IMG/VR virus record: IMGVR_UViG_3300042558_002764 | Span: 42,906-106,905 of that record | Origin: a virus | Lineage: Duplodnaviria; Heunggongvirae; Uroviricota; Caudoviricetes | DNA: 64,000 nucleotides | Direction: 5' to 3' (one strand) | Shown here: piece after piece, positions 1 through 8,874 of the stretch | Layout: every line of letters begins with the position of its first letter | How positions within the stretch are numbered: position 1 is the first letter of the stretch | Translations under genes and position numbers: made by a program | The notes under the pieces: model-generated | Database searches by the model: none | What the model was told of the DNA's origin: nothing | The model's input: the letters and a program-made list of their open reading frames with translations, nothing else

Positions 1-1
1 T

Positions 2-1387
2 GTATTAGAGTTTGATAGGAATGATACAAATAATGCTTACTCCGTAGACCTATCCTCAATTAAATTCAGTGGTAATACATCGGGTGATTGTATTACCGAT
101 ATTTATGTGTCTAATTTAAATTCTTGTTCACCATTACATATTCAAAATATAAGTTCAGGTGATGTTTTAATACTTGAGAACGGTAATGGTTTTGTAGGTA
201 TAGGTACTTTAACACCAACTGAAAGATTAGATGTTAATGGTAAAACAAAAACTACAAGATTACAAGTAACTAACGGAGCTGTATCTAATTATGTTTTGAC
301 ATCAGATTCTTTTGGTAATGCCTCTTGGTCACAGGGTTTAGACAATTATGTTACAGGTGGAACCTATTCTAATGGTTCTATTACCCTTAATAGACAAAAC
401 GGTTTAGTTACTATTAATGGTTTATCAACAGGTTACACATTAACTTCATCAGCTATTAACACAGCCTTAGGTTATACACCACTTTCAGCATCTACAGATA
501 CATTTGTCACAGGTGGTACATACTCTAACGGAACTTTAACATTTAACAGACAAAATGGTACATTTAATGTAACTGGGTTATCTACAGGATACACCTTAAC
601 ATCTTCAGCTATTAATACGGCTTTAGGTTATACTCCTTTATCAGCATTTACCGATACTTTTATTACTGGGATTACTTATTCTAATAATAATATTATAGTT
701 GGTAGAAACCAAGGTCAATCATCTTTAACTACAAATATTTCTACAATGACAGGTTTAACTGTTAATGGAAATTTAACTGTAACAGGTAACACATCAATGG
801 AAGGTGTAACCGCATCAACATTAAACCTATCAACAACACCAGCAAACGACTCAACAAACAATAATGTTTTAGTAAGGGATGTCTTAACAGGTGTTGTTAA
901 ACAAAGAGATATTACAAATGCTTTAAATAAAAATTACGCATCTTTTTATGATACTGGTAATCAAACAGGTCTTGCTAATACAGTATTAACTATGTCGGCA
1001 AACACATCAGATTCTTGGAATACTGGAATTACTTTAAGTGCAAATACAAGATTTGTAATACAAAATCCTGGTGTTTATAATTTAGCATTTAGCGCTCAAA
1101 TGGTAAAAACTGGTGGTAATAGTTCTACACACGCACACATATGGCTTTATCAAAACGGTCTTGATGTATTATATAGTGCTAGTCAGATTGGATTTCCTTC
1201 AAATAGTGTATATGTTGTTCCTGCTTGGAATTTCTTTTTTAGTACTACAACACCAAATGAATATGTTGAATTAAAATGGGAAATAAATAGTAATGTAGAT
1301 AACCAATTGTCAATAAAACATCAACCAGCCGCTGGAAGTGTACCCGCAATCCCATCTCTTATTGTTACTATCAACCAAGTAAATTAG
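2..1387 (+). CDS. Tail fibre/spike-like protein with 52-aa repeats and C1q/TNF-like C-terminal head (5'-truncated by window edge)
   Basis: Frame of ORF 107..1387 stays open back to position 2 (VLEFDRNDTNN...). Fibre motif GFVGIGTLTPTERLDVNG, S/T/G-rich repeats, beta-rich C-terminus (YASFYD...GVYNLAFSAQM...IWLYQNG...YVELKW). Confidence 0.7.
   Translation, partial: VLEFDRNDTNNAYSVDLSSIKFSGNTSGDCITDIYVSNLNSCSPLHIQNISSGDVLILENGNGFVGIGTLTPTERLDVNGKTKTTRLQVTNGAVSNYVLTSDSFGNASWSQGLDNYVTGGTYSNGSITLNRQNGLVTINGLSTGYTLTSSAINTALGYTPLSASTDTFVTGGTYSNGTLTFNRQNGTFNVTGLSTGYTLTSSAINTALGYTPLSAFTDTFITGITYSNNNIIVGRNQGQSSLTTNISTMTGLTVNGNLTVTGNTSMEGVTASTLNLSTTPANDSTNNNVLVRDVLTGVVKQRDITNALNKNYASFYDTGNQTGLANTVLTMSANTSDSWNTGITLSANTRFVIQNPGVYNLAFSAQMVKTGGNSSTHAHIWLYQNGLDVLYSASQIGFPSNSVYVVPAWNFFFSTTTPNEYVELKWEINSNVDNQLSIKHQPAAGSVPAIPSLIVTINQVN
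341..700 (+). repeat. 156-nt (52-aa) tandem coding repeat, about 2.3 copies
   Basis: Units start at 341 (DNYVTGG), 497 (DTFVTGG) and 653 (DTFITGI); core GLSTGYTLTSSAINTALGYTPLSA is identical in protein between units 1 and 2. Confidence 0.9.
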
Positions 1388-1445
1388 TTCACTTTAAAGA
1401 TTTTAACAATATATTTTCAAGAAACTTAACCCTTACTAAAATATT

Positions 1446-1604
1446 TTAATTTAAATCTTCACCGTATATATCTGTTTTTGGTCTACATTTTTCTTTGATG
1501 AGTTTTTCAACAAAAGCAAACATCTTTAAACCATTTTTTTCACAATACTCTTTTAATAGTTTATGTGTTTGTGGTGTAATTTTTAAGTTTTTATCTCTTT
1601 TCAT
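1446..1604 (-). CDS. 52-aa putative ribbon-helix-helix (Arc/MetJ-like) DNA-binding protein, below the ORF-track cutoff
   Basis: Manual translation: MKRDKNLKITPQTHKLLKEYCEKNGLKMFAFVEKLIKEKCRPKTDIYGEDLN*. Pattern is beta-strand (KNLKIT), helix, G-turn, helix. ATACTTAT motif lies 13 nt upstream on the same strand. Confidence 0.7.
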   Translation of the reverse strand: MKRDKNLKITPQTHKLLKEYCEKNGLKMFAFVEKLIKEKCRPKTDIYGEDLN

Positions 1605-1624
1605 CTACTATTTATTGATAAGTA

Positions 1625-1647
1625 TGACAAAAGTATCTTTTTTGTCA
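1625..1647. promoter_or_regulatory. Inverted repeat TGACAAAA-N7-TTTTGTCA (candidate operator)
   Basis: 8-bp arms at 1625-1632 and 1640-1647, between the divergent RHH-like and sheath genes. Confidence 0.5.
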
Positions 1648-1652
1648 CACTC

Positions 1653-1676
1653 ATTTTGTTGTTATAACAACAAAAT
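1653..1676. promoter_or_regulatory. Perfect 24-bp palindrome ATTTTGTTGTTATAACAACAAAAT (candidate operator/cruciform)
   Basis: Self-reverse-complementary; 22 nt upstream of the ATATTTAT motif (1699-1706) that precedes the sheath gene. Confidence 0.6.
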
Positions 1677-1744
1677 AAAATTTTTGGTAAAGTCACCAAT
1701 ATTTATTAATAAAATAACGAAAGAAAAAAAAATAAAATTAAAAA

Positions 1745-4537
1745 ATGGCATCAGACAAAATATTTGTATCACCAGGTGTATTTACATCAGAAAAAGATTT
1801 AAGTTTCGTAGCGCAACAAGTAGGTGTTACAACTTTGGGTGTTGTTGGTGAAACGACTAAAGGACCAGCTTTTGAACCAATCTTCATTACAAACTATGAA
1901 GAGTTCTTAGCTATTTTCGGTGGTCTAAACTCTAAGAAATTTGGGGGAGAAGATAAAAAACCAATGTATGAATTACCTTACATTGCTAAAAGTTATCTAC
2001 AACAATCAAACCAAATGTTTGTTACAAGAATTCTTGGTTTAACTGGTTATGACGCAGGAGCGGCTTGGTTAATTACAGCAAGTGCTAACTACGACCCAAC
2101 AACAATTGTATCGGTAACAACTACAGGGTGGACAGCATCTTTTACAGGAAACACTTTTGGTTCAATTTCTAACGCTAACGTACAAGCGTTATACAATTTA
2201 GGATTGTTCCCTAACGGACCAACATTAACAACAACAGAACCAATACCAAATGATATAGCAACTTACCCTGAAGGTATTGTATTCACAAAAACAGGTCTTT
2301 CTTTTATAGGGACATCAGCAAATATAACCCAAACTAGTTATATATCTAGTGCGAATACTGGTTCTGTTTCTGGTACAGTTACAACTTATTCAGCATCTTC
2401 TTATTCTGAATATGAAGGTATGGCATTAGCAATGTTACGTTCTAGAGGTGATTATGGTGATGTAAATACAGTAACCGATACACTTACATTTAGAACTTTA
2501 CAAACTTCAAATGGTGTGGTTATGAACCCACTTACAACAGCTACTAACGCGGAAGCTAACTTTGTTCTTTCAGCTACAAACGCCACAACAAGTGCAGTAA
2601 CTGCTTACGAAGTTTCTTTAAACACATCCTCAAGAGATTATATGCCAAGAGTACTTGGTACTGATTGTTTTGATAGAGACCCTTATATTTTTGTTGAGGA
2701 AATTTATCCAAACAAATTAGCTGATTTAGTTTCAGCTGGATATATCTTAGGATTAAATTCTACCGTAACATACACAAACGATTTTAACAATTATAAACAA
2801 CAATGGCAAACTCCTGAAACTCCTTGGGTTGTTTCTGAATTACGTGGTAACCTTGTTGAAAAATTATTCAAATTTATTTCTATCTCTGACGGTAGTTCGG
2901 GTAACAAAGAGATTAAAATCTCAATAGCTAACATCAAACCTGATACAAAACAATTTGATATCCTTGTTAGAGAATTTTATGACAACGATACAAGACCAAC
3001 AATTATTGAGTCTTTCCGTAAAGTTGTTATGAATCCTGCTGATGATAACTATATTGCTAGAAGAATAGGTACCGCTGACGGTGAATTCTCTTTAAAGAGT
3101 AGATACATTATGATGGTTATGAACGCTGAAGCACCAATTGACTCATTCGCAGCGGGTTATGAAGGTTATGTTGTTAGAGATTATCCTGTAGGTGTATTAG
3201 CACCACAATTAAACTACAAAACACAATACGATATTGTTAATGATACAATTAGAAAAGTTTACTTAGGTATTTCTGATACAGTTGGTATTGACCAAAACAT
3301 GTTTAATTGGAAAGGTTATACTAATGACGCATCACCTAATCAATGGACAGCTACAACAAAAGGTTTCCACATGGATAGTGGAGCTACAGTAGCAGGTACT
3401 TTTGAAGTAGGATGTTGTCCGTTTAGAACAATCGCTGGTATTGAAGGTACTTCTTATCAGTCTATTCAAGCTAGAAAATTCACATTCGCACCTTATTTAG
3501 GATTTGACGGATGGAACTGTTATAGAAATACAAGAACAAATACTGATAGATATAGAGTTGGTAGAGCTGGTTTTGACGCAGGTTTACTTAACGGTGAATT
3601 TGAAAACATTACCGCTACTCAAGGTACTTCTGATTACTACGCATACCAAGAAGGTATCTACACATTTAGAAATCCTGAAGCAGTAAACATTAACGTATTA
3701 GCAACACCTGGTATTGATTACTCAGAAAATAATTCATTGGTTGGTTTAACAATTGACATGGTTGAAGAAGAAAGAGCTGATTCAGTTTATATCTTAACTT
3801 CTCCTGAAGGTGTTACTTACAACAATGTTGTTCAATTAACTAGTATTGGGTTCGCAACAATTAGTAATTATACAGCTGATGACATGGTAGGTTTACTTGA
3901 AGCAGCAGATATTGACTCTAACTACACAGCCACTTATTGGCCATGGATTCAATCAAAAGATACTGAAAATAATGTTAACGTTTGGTTACCACCTACATAT
4001 GAAGTAGTACGTAACATCGCTTTAACTGATAACGTATCATTCCCTTGGTTCGCTTCAGCTGGTTACACAAGGGGTCTTACTTCAGCTATTCAAGCTAGAG
4101 TTAAATTGACTGAAGCTGATAGAGATACTTTATATGAAGGAAGAATTAACCCAATGGCTACATTCTCTGACCAAGGAGTTGTAATTTGGGGTAACAAAAA
4201 CTTACAAATAGCTGATTCAGCTCTTGATAGATTGAACATCAGAAGATTGTTACTACAAACAAGAAAGTTGATTTCAGCAGTAGCAGTAAGATTGTTGTTC
4301 GAACAAAACGACCAAATCGTAAGAAATCAATTCTTATCACTTGTTAACCCAATCTTGGAAAACATTAAGAGAGAAAGAGGTTTGGCTGACTTTAGAGTTC
4401 AATTATCAAGTGACCCTGAAGAAATTGACAGAAATGAATTAAGAGGTAAAATCTTTTTAAAACCTGTACCAGCTTTAGAATTCATAATCTTAGAGTTCAA
4501 CGTAACTTCAACAGGAGCGTCATTCGACAATCTATAA
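1745..4537 (+). CDS. Contractile tail sheath protein (T4 gp18-like)
   Basis: N-terminal FVSPGVFTSEKDLS...VVGETTKGPAFEP; C-terminal YTATYWPW, PWFASAGYTRG, RDTLYEGRINP, WGNKNLQ, LNIRRLL, LFEQND. Confidence 0.95.
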   Translation: MASDKIFVSPGVFTSEKDLSFVAQQVGVTTLGVVGETTKGPAFEPIFITNYEEFLAIFGGLNSKKFGGEDKKPMYELPYIAKSYLQQSNQMFVTRILGLTGYDAGAAWLITASANYDPTTIVSVTTTGWTASFTGNTFGSISNANVQALYNLGLFPNGPTLTTTEPIPNDIATYPEGIVFTKTGLSFIGTSANITQTSYISSANTGSVSGTVTTYSASSYSEYEGMALAMLRSRGDYGDVNTVTDTLTFRTLQTSNGVVMNPLTTATNAEANFVLSATNATTSAVTAYEVSLNTSSRDYMPRVLGTDCFDRDPYIFVEEIYPNKLADLVSAGYILGLNSTVTYTNDFNNYKQQWQTPETPWVVSELRGNLVEKLFKFISISDGSSGNKEIKISIANIKPDTKQFDILVREFYDNDTRPTIIESFRKVVMNPADDNYIARRIGTADGEFSLKSRYIMMVMNAEAPIDSFAAGYEGYVVRDYPVGVLAPQLNYKTQYDIVNDTIRKVYLGISDTVGIDQNMFNWKGYTNDASPNQWTATTKGFHMDSGATVAGTFEVGCCPFRTIAGIEGTSYQSIQARKFTFAPYLGFDGWNCYRNTRTNTDRYRVGRAGFDAGLLNGEFENITATQGTSDYYAYQEGIYTFRNPEAVNINVLATPGIDYSENNSLVGLTIDMVEEERADSVYILTSPEGVTYNNVVQLTSIGFATISNYTADDMVGLLEAADIDSNYTATYWPWIQSKDTENNVNVWLPPTYEVVRNIALTDNVSFPWFASAGYTRGLTSAIQARVKLTEADRDTLYEGRINPMATFSDQGVVIWGNKNLQIADSALDRLNIRRLLLQTRKLISAVAVRLLFEQNDQIVRNQFLSLVNPILENIKRERGLADFRVQLSSDPEEIDRNELRGKIFLKPVPALEFIILEFNVTSTGASFDNL

Positions 4538-4547
4538 AAAATAAAAA

Positions 4548-4580
4548 AGAAAAGGCTTTCGGGCCTTTTCTCTTTTTTTT
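4548..4580 (+). terminator. Rho-independent terminator after sheath gene
   Basis: Stem AGAAAAGGC/GCCTTTTCT, loop TTTCGG, followed by a T run. Confidence 0.8.
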
Positions 4581-4581
4581 A

Positions 4582-4590
4582 ATATTTATA
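4582..4590 (+). promoter_or_regulatory. ATATTTATA putative late-promoter motif (representative copy)
   Basis: Same motif sits 11-38 nt before starts at 1745, 4605, 6188, 8874, 11360, 14577, 19271, 36708 and 45094. Confidence 0.7.
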
Positions 4591-4604
4591 ATAAAAAAGA
4601 AACT

Positions 4605-5159
4605 ATGTCAAAAATTATAACAAAAAGACAATTAAATACCTTAATCGAATCTACATTAAAAGAGTATGTTCGAGACGAAGACGCTATTTACGCAATGCCA
4701 GGTGGTGAGGAATTTATGAACAAAATGGACCAAGAATACAATCCAAATTCACCTTCTGAGTATCATAGAGATATTGATAAAAAGAATCAAGAAGCAGAAA
4801 AAAACAAGGCTAATACTAATGAAGACTATATGGAAGATAAAACTTGTTCTGAGTGTGGTGGAGTAATTAAAGAAGGTCTTTGTGAGTCTGGGTGTGGGTC
4901 ACAAATGGAAGAAGGTAGTTACATGAAAGAAGACGAACTTGAGGAGGGTAACGCTTTTTCAGGAGCATTAGAAACAGCTAGAAAAGAAGGTAAAACTGAG
5001 TTTGAATTTAATGGTAAAACTTATCCTGTTGAGGGTGAGGATAAGGTTAAAGAATCAGTTAAAGATTTAGCCGAATCAGTTACAAAAACTTTTAACCCTT
5101 CATTCTTAACTGAAAATATGGATAACTTTAATAAGTTAATTAATTACAGAAACAAATAA
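4605..5159 (+). CDS. Hypothetical protein, possible virion-internal protein; small Cys cluster (CSECGG...CESGCG)
   Basis: 184-aa ORF after late motif; Glu/Lys-rich; contains GNAFSGALETARKEGKTEFEFNGKTY. Confidence 0.75.
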   Translation: MSKIITKRQLNTLIESTLKEYVRDEDAIYAMPGGEEFMNKMDQEYNPNSPSEYHRDIDKKNQEAEKNKANTNEDYMEDKTCSECGGVIKEGLCESGCGSQMEEGSYMKEDELEEGNAFSGALETARKEGKTEFEFNGKTYPVEGEDKVKESVKDLAESVTKTFNPSFLTENMDNFNKLINYRNK

Positions 5160-5170
5160 AAAAAAATAAA

Positions 5171-5770
5171 ATGAGTAAGATTAGATATAAAATCAGAAAA
5201 GAACAACTAGAAAGAGTTGTGGAATCTTTTGTAATGGAATCTACAGAAGGTAAGATGATAGTTAAAGACGCTGCCAAAAAACATAAAATGAATATGGGAG
5301 CTGAACAAAATGATGATATGGGTGATGGAATGAAAAAAGCTCCTGTATCTAAAAAACACAAAATGAAACAAGCTCCTGAAGTTAAGAAAAACATTCATGG
5401 AAAAGTTTCTGAATCTAGAATGGCAGAAATTAAAAACATAATGGAAACTTATGGAATTACTGAAGACGAACTAGAAGAAGGTATGATTTTTAAAACACCA
5501 GAAGAACTTATGGCTAGAGGACAAAAAATAATTTCTATGGACTCAAACGCTGAAAGAATTTACAACACTATTAAAAGAGATGAAAGTAAGTATGGTGAAA
5601 ACTCAGCTAATAAATATTTAATATTTATTGGAAAAAGTAAGGGTAGAATGCTTTACGCTACTTGGGATAAAGGTCTTATGGCTCCAGATAAAACAATGGG
5701 TTATTGGATTGAAAGAGGTAAACCTAGAAGTGGTTATGACAAATCTACTGGTAGTGGAACCGAACTATAA
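5171..5770 (+). CDS. Hypothetical protein, possible virion-internal protein
   Basis: 199-aa ORF with A-rich leader, co-oriented with the previous gene. Confidence 0.75.
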   Translation: MSKIRYKIRKEQLERVVESFVMESTEGKMIVKDAAKKHKMNMGAEQNDDMGDGMKKAPVSKKHKMKQAPEVKKNIHGKVSESRMAEIKNIMETYGITEDELEEGMIFKTPEELMARGQKIISMDSNAERIYNTIKRDESKYGENSANKYLIFIGKSKGRMLYATWDKGLMAPDKTMGYWIERGKPRSGYDKSTGSGTEL

Positions 5771-5775
5771 AATTA

Positions 5776-5803
5776 TAAAAACCCCTTTTAAAGGGGTTTT
5801 TTT
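5776..5803. terminator. Bidirectional terminator between convergent genes
   Basis: AAAAACCCCTTT/AAGGGGTTTTTTT hairpin flanked by A and T runs. Confidence 0.8.
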
Positions 5804-6122
5804 ATTTATCACCGTTAAGTCCCTCAAAAAATTTATAATGGTCTTCCAATGACATGTTATTTACATGTACAATATCTGAGTACAATTGGTACTTGTTATT
5901 GAAAAATAAACCTGACAATAAAAAAACAATAAAAAAAGGTAGTGTGACGTTCATTGGTGTCATAGTTAACATAGTTAAGGTGACAAAAGACAAACCAAAA
6001 GAATGTTTTGTAATTAAACCAAGAATATTTTTTTTACGCAAATTACTTTCTTTTTGCTTTTTGTACTCAATCTCCTGTTCAGGGGTTAGTCTAAATTGTT
6101 CTTTAAAATCTTCTAGTGTCAT
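5802..6122 (-). CDS. Small predicted membrane protein
   Basis: 106 aa with hydrophobic stretch SFGLSFVTLTMLTMTPMNVTLPFFIVFLLSGLFF; TATATTTG element upstream. Confidence 0.6.
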   Translation of the reverse strand: MTLEDFKEQFRLTPEQEIEYKKQKESNLRKKNILGLITKHSFGLSFVTLTMLTMTPMNVTLPFFIVFLLSGLFFNNKYQLYSDIVHVNNMSLEDHYKFFEGLNGDK

Positions 6123-6141
6123 AACTTTATCTATTTTTTAT

Positions 6142-6174
6142 CAAATATAACAATATTTATCTATATATCATAAA
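6142..6174 (-). promoter_or_regulatory. Bacteroidota-type sigma promoter (TTTA-N21-TATATTTG)
   Basis: Minus-strand TATATTTG at 6149-6142 matches the TAnnTTTG -7 consensus. Confidence 0.5.
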
Positions 6175-6187
6175 TATTTTAAAAAAT

Positions 6188-7048
6188 ATGAAAAAAATTA
6201 TTTTAACAGAATCACAAAAAATAAAACTACAACAATATCTTAAAGAAGAAAAAAATATTCGTATGTATGTTTTTGATTGGGATGACAACATTTTAAGGAT
6301 GCCTACAGAGGTTAAAATGGAGAAGAATGAAAACGGTAAGTGGGTCCCATTAAGAGTTTCCACAGAAGATTTTGCTCATTTTAGAACTGACCCTAATTAT
6401 AGAACAACCCCTGATTCATTTTCCGATTTTACAAATAATGAGGCTTTTTTAATTGACGCAAAAAAAGCTATTAATAATAAAAGTTTTGCACCAAGTTACA
6501 AAAAATTTATTGAATCATTAATATACGCAAACCCATTCGCAATTAATACTGCTAGGGGTCATAGTCCAAACACATTAAAAGAGGGGGTAAAACTTTTCAT
6601 TCAAACGGTATTAAGTGATGATGAAAAAATGATGATGATTAATAATATCAAAAAAGAATTACCACAAAGTTTAGTAAAAGGATTAAACAATAAACAATTA
6701 ATAGATTTATATTTAGATGAGATGGGTGAGTTTTACCCTGTTACTTCTGAAGAGTTTGGTGATAGGTTTGGCCTTAATGTAAAAGGTGGGGCTTCAAATC
6801 CTGAAAATTCTAAAAAAGTGGCTATTGCTCACTTTGTAGAAAAGGTGTTTAAAAACGTAGAAAAATTAATCCAAAGTGGTGAATATACAAAAGTATCTTT
6901 TGGTTTTTCTGATGATGATGTTAGAAATGTTAAAGCTACGGTTGAGTTACTGGAAGATGAATTATCTAAAATGTATCCTGAAATACACTTTGTTATATAT
7001 GATACATCTGACGGTGGGAATAAAAAAATAGTTATTGAGAAAGAATGA
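6188..7048 (+). CDS. HAD-superfamily phosphatase-like protein
   Basis: Motif I-like YVFDWDDNIL, NTARGHS, motif IV-like FGFSDDDVRN. Confidence 0.65.
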   Translation: MKKIILTESQKIKLQQYLKEEKNIRMYVFDWDDNILRMPTEVKMEKNENGKWVPLRVSTEDFAHFRTDPNYRTTPDSFSDFTNNEAFLIDAKKAINNKSFAPSYKKFIESLIYANPFAINTARGHSPNTLKEGVKLFIQTVLSDDEKMMMINNIKKELPQSLVKGLNNKQLIDLYLDEMGEFYPVTSEEFGDRFGLNVKGGASNPENSKKVAIAHFVEKVFKNVEKLIQSGEYTKVSFGFSDDDVRNVKATVELLEDELSKMYPEIHFVIYDTSDGGNKKIVIEKE

Positions 7049-7144
7049 GGTTAATTTTAATAATATTAGGTGTCACTATTTTATTTTCTTGTAAAAGTAC
7101 AAGAAATGGTGATTGTGATGCTTACAGTAAAAATGAAGTAAAAA

Positions 7145-8089
7145 GTGAAGTTAATCAGATGTAATACTTGTGAAGATGTTGTTAGATTAGTACATACTAA
7201 GTGGAAGACTTGTGAATGTGGTAAATCTGGTGGTCAATACAATGACGATTTAATTAGTGCTACTATCGGTGGTGACTGTGAAGTTATAGGTTTAAGAAAT
7301 GATTTTTTTAAAGAACAACCATTTTCTAAAAAAAGAAATGGTAAAGACGTAATCATACAAGGTGAATACTTGGGTGATAATCAGATACACAGAATCAAAT
7401 CAGGAAAAGGACCAAAATTAAAAATGGAAATTAAAGATAATGGTGATGGAACACATGATATTATCTTTAAAGATAAACGAGATTATACTGTAAATGTAAA
7501 AGGTAGTGATAAAAAGCCCAAAGAACTAAAGGGGGTAACATCTAATACCGAACCAAGTTTTAAAGATAAAAAGGTTAAAAAAGAATCTTTTATTTCTATT
7601 AAAAAAATAATTAAAGAAGAGATGGAAGATTTTGAATGGACAAATCAAATAGACCCATTAGAAAACTTTAAGGAATTCTTTTACGGTACTGGTGAATACG
7701 AATCTAATAGAAAAAATTCTCCAGGTATTTATATTGCTCGTGATATTAAATGGTGGTACAATTGGATTCATGAGATTGAAATGTCTCACGCCAGTTTTTT
7801 AGAAGATATTGAAGACTTAAATAACATGGTACATGACTTAGTTAATCCAATAGATGGTTCAGAAAAATATCGAATCTTAGCTATAGACGTATATTCTTAC
7901 CTTTCACCCACAAGACATTTAGGTGGTAAAAATTATTTACAAGATTCAGCTAGAACAATAGTTGATGGTTATGAAACATTAGGTCTTTTTGCTAAAAAAA
8001 ATAATTTAACTCTTTTAGAAACTTTATTTATTTTTGAACAGTTCTTGGATAAAATGCGTCATGAAGGTAAACCTTTACACAAAAATTAA
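7145..8089 (+). CDS. Hypothetical protein with N-terminal Zn-ribbon-like CxxC...CxC
   Basis: GTG start; IRCNTCED and KTCECGKSGG; second module begins at IKKIIKEEMEDFEW. Confidence 0.7.
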   Translation: MKLIRCNTCEDVVRLVHTKWKTCECGKSGGQYNDDLISATIGGDCEVIGLRNDFFKEQPFSKKRNGKDVIIQGEYLGDNQIHRIKSGKGPKLKMEIKDNGDGTHDIIFKDKRDYTVNVKGSDKKPKELKGVTSNTEPSFKDKKVKKESFISIKKIIKEEMEDFEWTNQIDPLENFKEFFYGTGEYESNRKNSPGIYIARDIKWWYNWIHEIEMSHASFLEDIEDLNNMVHDLVNPIDGSEKYRILAIDVYSYLSPTRHLGGKNYLQDSARTIVDGYETLGLFAKKNNLTLLETLFIFEQFLDKMRHEGKPLHKN

Positions 8090-8097
8090 TAGAATAT

Positions 8098-8124
8098 AAA
8101 AAAAGGGTCCGAAGACCCTTTTTT
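8098..8124. terminator. Bidirectional terminator
   Basis: AAAAAAAGGGTC-CGAA-GACCCTTTTTT between convergent genes. Confidence 0.85.
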
Positions 8125-8812
8125 ATTTTTTCTTGACTTTACCAATTACCTCATCAATAATACCATATTCCAAAGCTTCATCAGAGCTTAACCATAAATC
8201 ACGTTGAGCGTCTTTTTCAACTTGTGAAGGTTTTTTACCACAATACTCACCCAAAAGTTCAAACAACAATTTGTTTGTTTTTTCCCATTCAATCATAGTA
8301 ATACGTGCGTCTTGGATATTACCCCCAGCACCACCACTAGATTGGTGTAACATTGTTTTTGAAAAACGTAGAGAACTTCTCATACCTTTTGTACCCGCTC
8401 CTAAAAGGACTGAACCCATTGAAGCTGCCATACCCGTGTTAATTGTTTGGATTTTTGTGTCAATATAGTTCATTACGTCAACCATAGAGAGACCTGATTT
8501 AACAGAACCACCTGGACTATCAATGTGCATTGTGATTGTTTTCTTTGGGTCTTGTTGTGACAAGAAAAGAAGTTGTGCCTGTACCGTGATAGCCATTCTA
8601 TCATCAACAGGACCAGCACACCAAATAATTCTATCCATCATCAATCTATCGAATACTGACATTGCTGCAACGTTCATCTGACGTTCTTCAATAATTGTTG
8701 GGGTAACTGAACCAATCACGTTTGGTATTGCTGATTGAAAATTTTGGTAGTCGTGTAGGGTTTGTGAGCCAATACCCATATGCTTTATTGCATATTTATC
8801 AAATTCTGTCAT
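8123..8812 (-). CDS. clpP: ATP-dependent Clp protease proteolytic subunit
   Basis: RLMMDRII, AQLLFL, IDSPGGSV, catalytic Ser in GMAASMGSVLL, His in MLHQ, Asp in RDLWL, EALEYGIIDEVI. Confidence 0.95.
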   Translation of the reverse strand: MTEFDKYAIKHMGIGSQTLHDYQNFQSAIPNVIGSVTPTIIEERQMNVAAMSVFDRLMMDRIIWCAGPVDDRMAITVQAQLLFLSQQDPKKTITMHIDSPGGSVKSGLSMVDVMNYIDTKIQTINTGMAASMGSVLLGAGTKGMRSSLRFSKTMLHQSSGGAGGNIQDARITMIEWEKTNKLLFELLGEYCGKKPSQVEKDAQRDLWLSSDEALEYGIIDEVIGKVKKK

Positions 8813-8842
8813 ATTTTATCTTTTATTATTTTTTTCTTAAAA

Positions 8843-8874
8843 CAAGAATATTTATAATAAAACAATTTGTCAAA
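8843..8874 (-). promoter_or_regulatory. Bacteroidota-type promoter for clpP (TTTG-N20-TATTCTTG), overlapping plus-strand ATATTTATA (8848-8856)
   Basis: One mismatch to TAnnTTTG, with correct spacing. Confidence 0.45.

Noticed and set aside
1495-1851. 118-aa plus-strand ORF from the track
   Set aside because: Overlaps the sheath start out of frame and lies antisense to a more convincing 52-aa RHH-like gene; F/K-rich composition reflects intergenic A/T runs.
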